DNA of 47,608 nucleotides, filler included. It is 2 parts of 2 records of this genome, joined end to end, with 100 filler letters (N's around TTAATTAATTAA, not from the genome) between each part and the next. Parts side by side here need not be neighbours in the genome. Positions count along the whole stretch, not along the records: positions 16,266 to 47,608 come from SRR33789315_139; 1 more part is not named here. One strand, written 5' to 3'. The notes beneath the pieces are model-generated. The model was not told where the DNA came from. It made no database searches and worked only from the letters and a program-made list of their open reading frames with translations. The stretch's first letter is position 1; every line of letters starts with the position of its first letter. Positions 28,716-39,335 of this stretch are shown here, piece after piece. Position numbers and translations under genes: made by a program.

Positions 28716-29742
28716 ATTTTCGCACTGCCGTCTCGACAACCTCGGCTGCGTAAAGATTACCTTGCTCGTCCACGGTAACGCCTTCGGCGTGACTCGTGGT
28801 GCCAACAGGATTCTTGACTGGATCTGGAGTGAATGCAGTAACGATGCCGTCACTCGCCTTGCCGACTCGAATCCCGCGCTCCCAACCGGGATTGCGCTCG
28901 GCACCCGTACTCGACTCAGAGTCTGCAGCGTAGAGCCAATCTTTCGCATCGATATAGACATCACTAGGGCGTCCAAACTGCGTCCATGTCATTAAGAAGT
29001 TGCCCTCTTGGTCGAATAACTGAATCCTGCTATTGCCTCGATCTGCGACAAATAGACGCCCTTGCGAATCCATCGCAAGCGCATGGGGAACGCGAAACTC
29101 TCCGCCCTCAGCTCCCGTACCACCCCATTCAGTAAGATAGACTCCATCGCTATTGAATTTAACGATACGGTTACCATCCCGACCATTGTGTCCATCGGCA
29201 ACAAAAATATCGCCATTAGGCGCCACTAAGACATCGTTAGGGGCAACAAAGTAATAGTGTCCCTTCCCCACGACTCCGGGAATCCCCAAGCTCATAAGCA
29301 ACTCGCCCTCGGGACTAAATTTGTGCACCTGATTCCCTTTGCGCCCCTCTTGTGCCGTTGCCGCATCAGTCACCCACAGGTTCTTTTCGTGATCGACAAA
29401 AATACCGTGAGGCCAGATGAATAAACCGGCTCCAAAACTACGCAGAATATTGCCTTGCGTATCGAGCAATAGAATTGGGTCGACATCGAGACGATCCTCA
29501 CAACTACCGGGGCCGCGATTTCCGCCGCAACGCTCTGCCACCCAAAGGGTGTCATTGCCAGCATAATGAATTGCACTAACGGCCCCCCATTCGCGGCCTT
29601 GCGGCAACTTTCCGAATGCGGTTTCAGCTCGCATATAGGGATTTGGAATCGTCGTCCCTGATGACATAGTAGAAGGGGTACAGGCGCTCAAGAACGCTAG
29701 GGTAAGCAGCACGAGTGGAAGCTTTAGGTTTAATATCGTCAT
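28702..29742 (-). CDS. NHL-repeat beta-propeller lipoprotein, PAL-like
   Basis: Lipobox LSAC; NHL repeats WPHGIFVD, F..PNDV.V..NGDIFVADG, F..PH.LA.D..GRLFVADR.N.RIQ.FD. Confidence 0.85.
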   Translation of the reverse strand: MTILNLKLPLVLLTLAFLSACTPSTMSSGTTIPNPYMRAETAFGKLPQGREWGAVSAIHYAGNDTLWVAERCGGNRGPGSCEDRLDVDPILLLDTQGNILRSFGAGLFIWPHGIFVDHEKNLWVTDAATAQEGRKGNQVHKFSPEGELLMSLGIPGVVGKGHYYFVAPNDVLVAPNGDIFVADGHNGRDGNRIVKFNSDGVYLTEWGGTGAEGGEFRVPHALAMDSQGRLFVADRGNSRIQLFDQEGNFLMTWTQFGRPSDVYIDAKDWLYAADSESSTGAERNPGWERGIRVGKASDGIVTAFTPDPVKNPVGTTSHAEGVTVDEQGNLYAAEVVETAVRKFMRH

Positions 29743-29977
29743 GTCGGCACTCTCATTATTGTTGTGGGCCTATAGGCAGGGCTAGGAGCTCTACTTCACA
29801 CCTAATGGTACGAGATATCCTTGCAACAAGCACCCTTGCGCTACAGCATCATTACCCCACTAAACTAGCGCCCAGAGTGACATTCTGTGACAACGGAATT
29901 TTTTTACTGGCAGACAGGCCCGCTCTGGGTATACTGACTCCAACTACCTTTTTGTATCAATAAAGAGAATAACAACA

Positions 29978-31111
29978 ATGAACAGAGTGACGCGTGGCTT
30001 TATAGCCGCAGCGGGGGCTATCTGCCTTACCGCACAAACCCTACCAGCCCTCGCGGCGAATGAAGTAGTTTTAGGTCCAGTGGGACCAAGCCCTTACGAT
30101 ATTATTCCTGCTTGGCATAAGCCCTTCGCACAGCCAGGCTTTGCCTTCGGCGGAAACTCAGGAGTGCAGGCAGAGTCTCCAGATCGAATCCTAATTGCGA
30201 TGCGTGGCGAAGCCCGCTTGCCTCAGCCAATACCTCCAGAATATGCCGGTTACGCTGGCTCACTAGGCATCAATGTTCTCACAGACACGGATCGCCGCAC
30301 TTGGCGAAACTGCCTATATGAACTCGATGGCGATGGCAATATCATCACCATCTGGAATCAATGGGATGTACTTTGCGAGAACTCTGATGGGCCTGGTCCT
30401 CACCGTATTCGCGTCAGCCCCTATGATCCCGAGCGCCGCGTTTGGGTTATCAATGAGACCTTCCATACCATCTACGTTTTCAGTAACGATGGCAGCGAGT
30501 TGATTATGACACTCGGTGAAAAGAATGTGCCGGGGTCTGACAAGACCCATTTTGCCCGCCCTCAAGATGTCGCATTCTTACCCGATGGCCGCGTTTTGAT
30601 CGCCGATGGGCTCGACAATCATCGCATCATAATTCTCGACAAGAATTTCGATTATCTGTCTGAGTTTGGCGGTTTCGGCACCGCTCCAGGGCAATTCAAT
30701 GGCGTACACTCTGTTGCCGCAGGACCGAATGGACTGATTTTTGGCCTGGATCGCTCAGGTGGGCGCGTCAATGTTTTCAGAACCACGGCTGATCCTGCAG
30801 TGGTGGAGTTTGTGGATACATGGACCGGCTTTAGTCTTCCACTGGATATGATCGTGAACGAAGACTCAGTCTGGATGACGGATCTTAATCCGCTGCGCTT
30901 CGTCAAACTCGATTTCAATGGCAACCGCCTCTACTCTTGGGTAGTCGAGCGTGACGGGCCTACTGGCTTCTTAGAGGTTCATGCTTTCACTGTCGATTCA
31001 GACCTAAACCTGATTGGCGGCGACAATCAATATGGACGCTCTCAGAAAATGGTACCTAAGCCGGGCGTCGACCCAGCATTACTGATCAAGACACCTTGGT
31101 ACCAGCGCTAA
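29978..31111 (+). CDS. Secreted NHL-repeat beta-propeller protein, PAL-like
   Basis: Signal peptide ending ALA; PH.I..SPYDPE..VW, F.RPQDVAF.PDG....ADG..N.RI. Confidence 0.8.
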   Translation: MNRVTRGFIAAAGAICLTAQTLPALAANEVVLGPVGPSPYDIIPAWHKPFAQPGFAFGGNSGVQAESPDRILIAMRGEARLPQPIPPEYAGYAGSLGINVLTDTDRRTWRNCLYELDGDGNIITIWNQWDVLCENSDGPGPHRIRVSPYDPERRVWVINETFHTIYVFSNDGSELIMTLGEKNVPGSDKTHFARPQDVAFLPDGRVLIADGLDNHRIIILDKNFDYLSEFGGFGTAPGQFNGVHSVAAGPNGLIFGLDRSGGRVNVFRTTADPAVVEFVDTWTGFSLPLDMIVNEDSVWMTDLNPLRFVKLDFNGNRLYSWVVERDGPTGFLEVHAFTVDSDLNLIGGDNQYGRSQKMVPKPGVDPALLIKTPWYQR

Positions 31112-31131
31112 TGACTCAAAAGCCCGGCGCG

Positions 31132-31899
31132 CTAAGCGCGCTGGGCTTGTTCCACCCCCTCCTCTTGGCTCTCTTTCTCGTACCAATTTAGTTTGTGAAA
31201 ATCAAAACCCAATTCCAATGACGGCTTGACCACTCGGAAATAGGGTGAAAGATCGAAGTCTCGCGGCACATAGTGCGAATAATGGCGATGCACATAGTGC
31301 AACTCACCAGACTCCTGTTGAATCATTTCTCTAGGTAAAATCGGATAGTTAATCGACTGGAAGGCCTGCGCAATCAACGTCGAACAGATAGCCTTGGTAG
31401 GCTCGCCGCTTCCTAGGCTGAGTAATTGACGTCTATACCGAGTGGGCACTGCCGGGTTTTGAATAAGATAGCGCATCAAGTCGAAGATATTTTTCAGGTC
31501 GTAGCGGTACCCAACCCTCTCTTTCACAAATTCAAGCAAGGCATCGCGCTCTTCGTCGTTGAGGCCAACGGGCCTACAGATTCTTACATTGTATTGTGCG
31601 TACTTGCCCAAGGGGACTACGGTTACACCCTCGTTCAGGTCCGCCTCCAACAACCTTGCTTGTTCTATGCTGTCATCATCCGAACCGATATAGAAACAGG
31701 AATGAGACCATGTGGATTGCGTAAGGTATTTGATGGCAGTACTGATTCGGCTATTCCCATCAACTAGCAGAATATCCCCAGGCTTTATCACCTTGAAGAT
31801 ATTCTCTATCGAGTTGTTCTGGTGCAACTCGTAACTCGGCCTCGGTTTACTGAGGAAGGCAGCTAAATAACTGCCGATGGTACGGGTAATCTTCAACAT
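31132..31899 (-). CDS. Permuted NlpC/P60 papain-like amidase (YiiX/YebB-like)
   Basis: PGDILL, WSH (His) preceding ICS (Cys), G..YD, PRDFDLSPYF. Confidence 0.82.
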   Translation of the reverse strand: MLKITRTIGSYLAAFLSKPRPSYELHQNNSIENIFKVIKPGDILLVDGNSRISTAIKYLTQSTWSHSCFYIGSDDDSIEQARLLEADLNEGVTVVPLGKYAQYNVRICRPVGLNDEERDALLEFVKERVGYRYDLKNIFDLMRYLIQNPAVPTRYRRQLLSLGSGEPTKAICSTLIAQAFQSINYPILPREMIQQESGELHYVHRHYSHYVPRDFDLSPYFRVVKPSLELGFDFHKLNWYEKESQEEGVEQAQRA

Positions 31900-32016
31900 G
31901 GGCATTGCTCTCAATGGAAAAAGCCCGCAATCGGCCGCGGGAAGTGCTTAGTCTAAGGTACCTCAAGCACGACAATTTTTCAGTTATACTGACCCTCAAA
32001 CCAAAAGGGGGTTTCT

Positions 32017-33450
32017 ATGACAATCGAATGCACGAAGTTCTACATCAATGGTGACTGGGTCACGCCAACGCAAGCTAAGACCCACCAAGTGATCAATCCA
32101 GCCACTGAGCAACCGTATGCCGTTATCAGCATGGGCAATGCCAAGGACGTCGATGCCGCTGTGGCAGCGGCAAAGGCCGCCTTTCCAGCTTGGTCCGCAA
32201 CGAGTGTGGCTACACGAATCGAGATATTGGACAAAATTATCGCCGGCATCAAGGCGCGAGCCGAAGAGCTAGCACTTGCGATCTCACAAGAAATGGGCGC
32301 TCCGATCTCAATGGCCCGCACGGCGCAAGTCGGCACCGGTATTGCGCATTTTACGACTGCGCGGGAACTGCTGCGTAACTTCGTATTCGAAGAGACTCGA
32401 GGTACGAGCAGGATCGTGAAAGAGCCTATCGGAGTCTGCGGATTTATCACGCCTTGGAACTGGCCACTGAATCAAGTCAGTTGCAAGGTAGCGCCTGCGC
32501 TTGCCGCCGGTTGCACTATGGTCTTGAAACCGAGTGAGATGTCGCCTGTGAGCGCGTATATCCTTAGCGAAATCATCGCAGATGCTGGAGTGCCAGCGGG
32601 GGTCTACAACCTAGTGAATGGCGATGGCCCTGCGGTCGGCGCTGCCATCTCCGCACATCCGGATATCGACTTGGTGAGCTTTACGGGGTCCACACGCGCA
32701 GGCCGAGAGGTCGCCCGCAGCGCTGCCGATAGCATTAAGAAAGTTACCCAAGAGCTAGGCGGCAAATCCGCCAATATTATTCTGGACGACGCAGACTTCG
32801 CCCGCGCGGTAGGCGGTGGGGTGCTGAGTTGCTTCAATAATAGCGGACAGTCCTGTAATGCTCCGACGCGCATGTTTGTGCCAGAAGCCCGCTTAGCGGA
32901 AGTAATGGAGATTGCCAAGGCAGCCGCAGCCAAAGCAATTCCGGGAGACCCAAGCGTAGATACGACTCGCCTAGGCCCGGTAGTGAACAAGGCGCAGTAT
33001 GACCGCATACAGGGTTTGATCGAGAAGGGTATTGCCGAGGGTGCCACCGTATTAGTCGGCGGGCCAGGCAAGCCTGATGGAATCGAAAGTGGTTATTTTG
33101 TGCGGCCCACCATATTCGCCAATGTCACTAATCAGATGACGATCGCACGTGAAGAAATCTTCGGACCAGTCCTTTCTATCATTACCTATAAAGACGACGA
33201 AGACGCCATCGCTCAAGCCAACGACACCGACTACGGGTTGTCTGGATATGTGTCTGGTGAGCCCACGCACGCCCGCAAGGTAGCGTTACGATTGCGCACG
33301 GGAATGGTCCACATTAATGGAGCGGGCCCAGATTTTGGAGCTCCCTTTGGCGGCTACAAACAGTCTGGCAATGGTCGCGAATGGGGTATTGAGGGTTTTG
33401 TAGAATTCTTCGAGACTAAGGCTATATTGGGCTTCGGAGAAGCCTCATGA
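32017..33450 (+). CDS. NAD(P)-dependent aldehyde dehydrogenase
   Basis: ITPWNWP, FTGS, ELGGKS, catalytic Cys in GQSC, EEIFGPV. Confidence 0.95.
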   Translation: MTIECTKFYINGDWVTPTQAKTHQVINPATEQPYAVISMGNAKDVDAAVAAAKAAFPAWSATSVATRIEILDKIIAGIKARAEELALAISQEMGAPISMARTAQVGTGIAHFTTARELLRNFVFEETRGTSRIVKEPIGVCGFITPWNWPLNQVSCKVAPALAAGCTMVLKPSEMSPVSAYILSEIIADAGVPAGVYNLVNGDGPAVGAAISAHPDIDLVSFTGSTRAGREVARSAADSIKKVTQELGGKSANIILDDADFARAVGGGVLSCFNNSGQSCNAPTRMFVPEARLAEVMEIAKAAAAKAIPGDPSVDTTRLGPVVNKAQYDRIQGLIEKGIAEGATVLVGGPGKPDGIESGYFVRPTIFANVTNQMTIAREEIFGPVLSIITYKDDEDAIAQANDTDYGLSGYVSGEPTHARKVALRLRTGMVHINGAGPDFGAPFGGYKQSGNGREWGIEGFVEFFETKAILGFGEAS

Positions 33451-33848
33451 AGATAAGCAAACAAGGCATCGACCTTGGTATCGTCACGCGCAACGCCGCA
33501 GCGCTCTTGCAGTTTTACCAAGACACACTCGGCCTGCCGTTAGAGGCCACCATCCCGATGCCTGGCGGTGGCACCATGCACCGTCTGCGCGTAGGCGAGA
33601 GTATCGTTAAGATTGTGGAGACAGAACCCAGCCCTGCCGCTGATGCAGTACCCGGCGGCATTCGAGCGGCGACGGGCTATCGTTACTGGACGCTGACAAT
33701 AGAAGCTCTTTCTGACTGCGTAGCGCGGTGCGAAGCTGCAGGCTATAAGACGGTTGTGCCAATCAAGGTCATTCGTCCCGGAGTTAGCATCGCGATCATC
33801 GCTGATCCCGATGGTAACTGGGTCGAACTATTAGAAAACGAACACTGA
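33447..33848 (+). CDS. VOC/glyoxalase family protein
   Basis: FY...LGL and DPDGNWVEL motifs; ATGA coupling to the ALDH. Confidence 0.88.
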   Translation: MKISKQGIDLGIVTRNAAALLQFYQDTLGLPLEATIPMPGGGTMHRLRVGESIVKIVETEPSPAADAVPGGIRAATGYRYWTLTIEALSDCVARCEAAGYKTVVPIKVIRPGVSIAIIADPDGNWVELLENEH

Positions 33849-33851
33849 GGC

Positions 33852-34343
33852 TTAGTGGTCGTGATGGTCGCCATGGGCATGCACGTGCCCGTGGTCGATC
33901 TCTTCGGCAGTCGCCTCACGGACACTGACTACCTCTACATCGAAATGGAGCGTCTTGCCCGCCATCTCGTGATTGCCATCGATAGTGACCTTGTCGCCAT
34001 CTACTGAGACCACGCGGATGTGCTGCTGACCTTGCTCACCCTGTGCGGTGAACATCATTCCCGGCTCAATTGTCTCAACGCCCTTAAACATCGACTTATC
34101 GATCGTGTGGATCATCGCTGGGTTTGATTCGCCATAGGCGAGTTCAGGCGGAATGACGGCGTTGAATGAATCGCCGACTTTCTTGCCATCTAATTCTTTC
34201 TCCAAGCCTGGAATCAGACCCTGTGTGCCATGGAGATACATCAGTGGAGCCCCACCTGATGAGGAGTCCATCACCTCACCTTCTGGATTCTTGAGTGTGT
34301 AGTGAATTTCGACTACAGAATGCTTGCCGATCGATGCTGTCAT
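33852..34343 (-). CDS. slyD: FKBP-type peptidyl-prolyl isomerase SlyD
   Basis: YLHG...LIPGLE, PE.AYG, DGNH..AGK.L.F.VEV..VREAT.EE..HGH, His-rich tail. Confidence 0.93.
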   Translation of the reverse strand: MTASIGKHSVVEIHYTLKNPEGEVMDSSSGGAPLMYLHGTQGLIPGLEKELDGKKVGDSFNAVIPPELAYGESNPAMIHTIDKSMFKGVETIEPGMMFTAQGEQGQQHIRVVSVDGDKVTIDGNHEMAGKTLHFDVEVVSVREATAEEIDHGHVHAHGDHHDH

Positions 34344-34419
34344 AACTGGGTCCTAGCTTGTGTGATTGAATTTTCCGCGCTCATTATAAGGATATGAACC
34401 GCCGGGGAAAGAGCGAATC

Positions 34420-35202
34420 CTATTTTAAAGCCTTTCCGAAGCGCTCTTGCAGGCGGCGCATCCCCCCAATCCACCGATCATAATCCGCCGTCTTGCGTTG
34501 CATATAGGTCAATACCTCTGGGTGCGGCAGCACCAAGAAGCGCTCTGCAGCAAGGGTTTCGATGACCGTTTGAGCCAGTTGTTCTGGCTCGAGCATGCCA
34601 TCAACCCCCGCGGCACCTGTGCCCCCCGCCGTCATCTGCGTGCGCACTGCCTGTGGGCAGAGCACCGATACTTTGATGCCCTGCGCTCCATAAGTAATCG
34701 CTAACCACTCTGCAAACCCCACCGCTGCGTGCTTGGTGACGCCATAAGGTGCGGAACCAATCTGATTAAGCAAGCCTGCGGCGGACGCAGTATTAAGTAG
34801 GTACCCTTCACCGCGCGCCAGCATACTTGGTAATACAGCGCGCGAGGCATAGATGTGTGCCATGACATTGATCTCCCAAATGCGCTGCCACTGCGCATTG
34901 CTGACCTCTTCGCCCCCAGGCGTAAAGATTCCAGCGTTCGAGCAGAACAGATCGATATGCCCAAACTCCTCCAGTGTCTTTGCCACTAATGCTTGCACAT
35001 CGGCCTCGACACTCACATCCGTGACCATCCCCAGCGCTTGGGTCTGTCCAGCGATACTATTACGCACGGCTGCGACGCCATCGGCATTGATATCGGAGAC
35101 TACGACACCGAGCGCCCCCTCTGCCGCAAAACGTTCGCATAGAGACTTGCCTATGCCGCTGGCTCCACCCGTTACTACGACAACCTTGCCTTTAATTTCC
35201 AT
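34420..35202 (-). CDS. Short-chain dehydrogenase/reductase
   Basis: [16 protein letters not shown]. Confidence 0.93.
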   Translation of the reverse strand: MEIKGKVVVVTGGASGIGKSLCERFAAEGALGVVVSDINADGVAAVRNSIAGQTQALGMVTDVSVEADVQALVAKTLEEFGHIDLFCSNAGIFTPGGEEVSNAQWQRIWEINVMAHIYASRAVLPSMLARGEGYLLNTASAAGLLNQIGSAPYGVTKHAAVGFAEWLAITYGAQGIKVSVLCPQAVRTQMTAGGTGAAGVDGMLEPEQLAQTVIETLAAERFLVLPHPEVLTYMQRKTADYDRWIGGMRRLQERFGKALK

Positions 35203-35245
35203 TACATTCCCCTAAATTTCCTAGTAATCCCCACAGCTCATTGTT

Positions 35246-36289
<1,044 letters not shown>

Positions 36290-36423
36290 TTATAGACACA
36301 GAGTTCAACACCATGAAACCCGCTACAAACCGTCACCAAACGGGATTTCAACTATGGTATATTCCACAGCCTAAAAACCTCTATAAGCAGTAGAGGACAA
36401 TAATCAATTTTGGGAGAGTAATT

Positions 36424-38562
36424 ATGACCAATCGAGACTCAAGTTTTATGGCAACAGCTCAACGCTGCCACGGTTCGATGCCTCGTTTGCTCGCACTGTC
36501 TTGCGCAGCGGCGATCGCGACCATTGCTAGCCCTGCTCTGCTTGCACAGAACACCTCTGAACAGCAAGCGATCGAAGAGATAGTGGTGACCTCTTCCACG
36601 CGGCGTCCCGAATCTCTAGCGAACGTCAACGCGAGCGTCGGAGTGCTGTCGCAGCAGGAACTTACACTAGTATCACACCAACATATTCAGGAAGTGGCGA
36701 ACCGCCTCGCTGGCGTGAACATCAACCGCAACAATGGCCAAGAGAGCCTGACATCGATTCGCTCTCCGGTCCTGACTGGCTCAGGCGCGTGTGGCGCATT
36801 CCTATTAGCTGAACAGGGTATCCCCCTGCGTGCGGCGGGCTTCTGCAACGTTAACGAGCTATTCGATGCCAATAGCGAGAATGCTTCGCGTATAGAGGTT
36901 ATTCGCGGACCAGCAACGGCCTTCTACGGCTCTAACGCCGTGCATGGCATGATCAATGTCGTGCTCCCAGACCCTAGCGCTGGCGGCGATCTAACGCTAG
37001 AAGCAGGCCCCCGAGGCACCACTCGTGTTAACGGTACGCTCGGCATGGATTACGGCAATTTCAAGCACATGTTCCTTGCCAACGGCACGAGCGAGAATGG
37101 CTATCGCGACAACAGCGGCTACGATCAGCAGAAACTGTCTTGGCGTTACCAGTATTCGACCGATGGCGGCACCTTCCTCGACGGCGGGTTTACTTTTACC
37201 AACCTGAATCAGGAGACTGCGGGTTACGTAGAGGGCACCGATTCGTATAAAGACGATGATCTGCGCACTACCAATCCAAACCCAGAAGCCTACCGCGACA
37301 ATCAAAGCTTCCGTGCTTGGACACGTATTAGCAAGACGCTGGAAAACGGCTGGGAATTGGTGGCGACTCCTTACTACCGCAACGCGGACCTCACCTTCAT
37401 ACAGCATTTCTTGCCAGGCGCCCCTACTGAAGAAAACCAGCACAGCAGCATCGGACTTCAGTTCGCTGGCTATAAGGATATCGACACCAACACGATGCTT
37501 TCGTTTGGGGTAGACACAGAGATTACCGACGGATCACTTGCGCAAGCACAGCCTGGCCCAACCCAAGGTTCAGCATTCTTGGTCGCAACGATTCCCGCGG
37601 GCAAGCACTACGACTATGACGTTGAAGCCACACAGATCGCCCCCTTCGCTCACCTGCAGCATTATTGGGAAAACGGCTTCGACATCTCTCTAGGCCTTCG
37701 CTATGAGCGCATGGAATACGATTACAACAACAAGATGATCGATGGTCGTACAAGAGACAATGGCGTTCCTTGTGGTTTCGGCGGCTGTCGTTACAACCGC
37801 CCTGCGGACCGCACTGACTCCTTCGGCAACTGGGCTCCTAAGTTCGCCTTGCGCTACCAGATCAACGATACCCATAACGCGCAGTTACGTCTGAATAAGG
37901 GATACCGTGCGCCACAGGCGACAGAACTCTATCGCTTGCAGAATAACCAGAGCGTCGCGGATCTTGATCCGGTTGAAATCAGCAGTGCCGAGATCGGGCT
38001 AGATGGCGCAGCTGACGCTTGGCAGTACGGAATCACTGCCTATTACATGGATAAAGACAACGAGATCATTACCGATAGCAATCGTCTCAATCTCAACAAT
38101 AGTCACACGACACACCGGGGCTTAGAGCTTTCTGGTGCACTAGACCTCAATGAGCAATGGCGAGTATCTGGCGCGTATAATTTCGCGCGTCACACCTATG
38201 AGAACGATGAGATCTCTGGCGGCGTGAACATCAATGGTAACGACGTTGATACAGCCCCACGCAAGTTCGGTAGCTTCCAACTGCGTTGGCAGCCTATGGC
38301 AACTCTGTTCACAGAACTGGAATGGGTTAGCTCTGGTAAGTACTTCACTAATCCTGAGAACCTCAACGAGTATGAGGGCCATGACCTTCTGAATCTGCGC
38401 ACACGCTGGCAGGCCACTACGGATATCACCCTCGCGTTGAATATCCTCAACCTGACCGACGAAAAATACGCGGAGCGCGCGGATTTCTCTTTCGGCAATG
38501 ACCGTTATTTCCCGGGTGAACCACTACGTGCGTTCTTCTCCGTGAATTGGAAATTCCGTTAA
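36424..38562 (+). CDS. TonB-dependent outer-membrane receptor
   Basis: TonB box EEIVVT, plug motif RIEVIRGP...YGSNA..G.IN, NLTDEKY, C-terminal aromatic beta-strand. Confidence 0.93.
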   Translation: MTNRDSSFMATAQRCHGSMPRLLALSCAAAIATIASPALLAQNTSEQQAIEEIVVTSSTRRPESLANVNASVGVLSQQELTLVSHQHIQEVANRLAGVNINRNNGQESLTSIRSPVLTGSGACGAFLLAEQGIPLRAAGFCNVNELFDANSENASRIEVIRGPATAFYGSNAVHGMINVVLPDPSAGGDLTLEAGPRGTTRVNGTLGMDYGNFKHMFLANGTSENGYRDNSGYDQQKLSWRYQYSTDGGTFLDGGFTFTNLNQETAGYVEGTDSYKDDDLRTTNPNPEAYRDNQSFRAWTRISKTLENGWELVATPYYRNADLTFIQHFLPGAPTEENQHSSIGLQFAGYKDIDTNTMLSFGVDTEITDGSLAQAQPGPTQGSAFLVATIPAGKHYDYDVEATQIAPFAHLQHYWENGFDISLGLRYERMEYDYNNKMIDGRTRDNGVPCGFGGCRYNRPADRTDSFGNWAPKFALRYQINDTHNAQLRLNKGYRAPQATELYRLQNNQSVADLDPVEISSAEIGLDGAADAWQYGITAYYMDKDNEIITDSNRLNLNNSHTTHRGLELSGALDLNEQWRVSGAYNFARHTYENDEISGGVNINGNDVDTAPRKFGSFQLRWQPMATLFTELEWVSSGKYFTNPENLNEYEGHDLLNLRTRWQATTDITLALNILNLTDEKYAERADFSFGNDRYFPGEPLRAFFSVNWKFR

Positions 38563-38604
38563 TGCGCGATTAATTGAAGGCGGTTTTGCGTCTTCTATAA
38601 AAAG

Positions 38605-38638
38605 AGCCCACAGTGTCGCAAACACTGCGGGCTTTTTT
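38605..38638 (+). terminator. Rho-independent terminator after the TonB-dependent receptor
   Basis: AGCCCACAGTGT-CGCAA-ACACTGCGGGCT plus T-tract. Confidence 0.8.
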
Positions 38639-38675
38639 GTTTATAATCTGTCAGCCCCCTTGCAGCGAATTGCCC

Positions 38676-39323
38676 ATGACTGTGCCTACTAGCCGTGATC
38701 CGATGCTCCTAAAAATGCTGCACTTCTTCAAACAGACGCAGGCATTCGAGCGCCGTCCAATTGCGCATCCTGATCAGGCAATCAATCGCTTAGTCTCGTC
38801 CATCGAATTACCTGAGAAGAGCTTTCGACGCGCAGCAGTCCTCATTCCAGTGATTACAGATCTCGAGGAGGCTGCCATCGTGTTGACGCTGCGCACTGAG
38901 CATCTGAGCAGCCACCCAGGACAAGTCGCTTTTCCAGGCGGCAAAGAAGACCCTGGTGATGCGGGACCAGTTCACACTGCATTGCGTGAGAGTGAGGAGG
39001 AGATCGGACTGCCCGCCGATGCCGTTCGTGTGATAGGAAGGCTCGGAGAATTATTAATGCCCTCCGGCTATTGCGTGACTCCTATAGTAGGCTTGCTATC
39101 TGCGCGCACGCCGCTAGTGGCTTCGCCTCGGGAGGTAGCGCATATCTTTCGTGTGCCGTTGAGTCAGGCCTTAGATCCGGCGCAATATAAACGCTGCAAG
39201 GTGACTTATGCGGATACGGAGAGGGAGATTCTTGAGATGCACTTCGAGTCTTATCGCATCTGGGGTGCCACTGCCGCAATTCTTCATCATTTGGCCTGCG
39301 AGATCCAAACGATAGAAGAATAA
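38676..39323 (+). CDS. Nudix hydrolase, CoA pyrophosphatase (NudL-like)
   Basis: AAVL, HPGQVAFPGG, ALRESEEEIG Nudix box, IWGATA; start uncertain. Confidence 0.88.
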   Translation: MTVPTSRDPMLLKMLHFFKQTQAFERRPIAHPDQAINRLVSSIELPEKSFRRAAVLIPVITDLEEAAIVLTLRTEHLSSHPGQVAFPGGKEDPGDAGPVHTALRESEEEIGLPADAVRVIGRLGELLMPSGYCVTPIVGLLSARTPLVASPREVAHIFRVPLSQALDPAQYKRCKVTYADTEREILEMHFESYRIWGATAAILHHLACEIQTIEE

Positions 39324-39335
39324 GCGTTCAGTTTA

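Noticed and set aside
29877..29892. GTGACA direct repeat as a second Pho box on the minus strand
   Set aside because: The period is 10 bp rather than 11, only two units are present, and it overlaps a hairpin that explains part of the pattern.
38613..38675. N-terminal extension of the Nudix ORF from GTG 38613
   Set aside because: It overlaps the receptor's terminator hairpin and a TATAAT at 38642, so the real start is further downstream.
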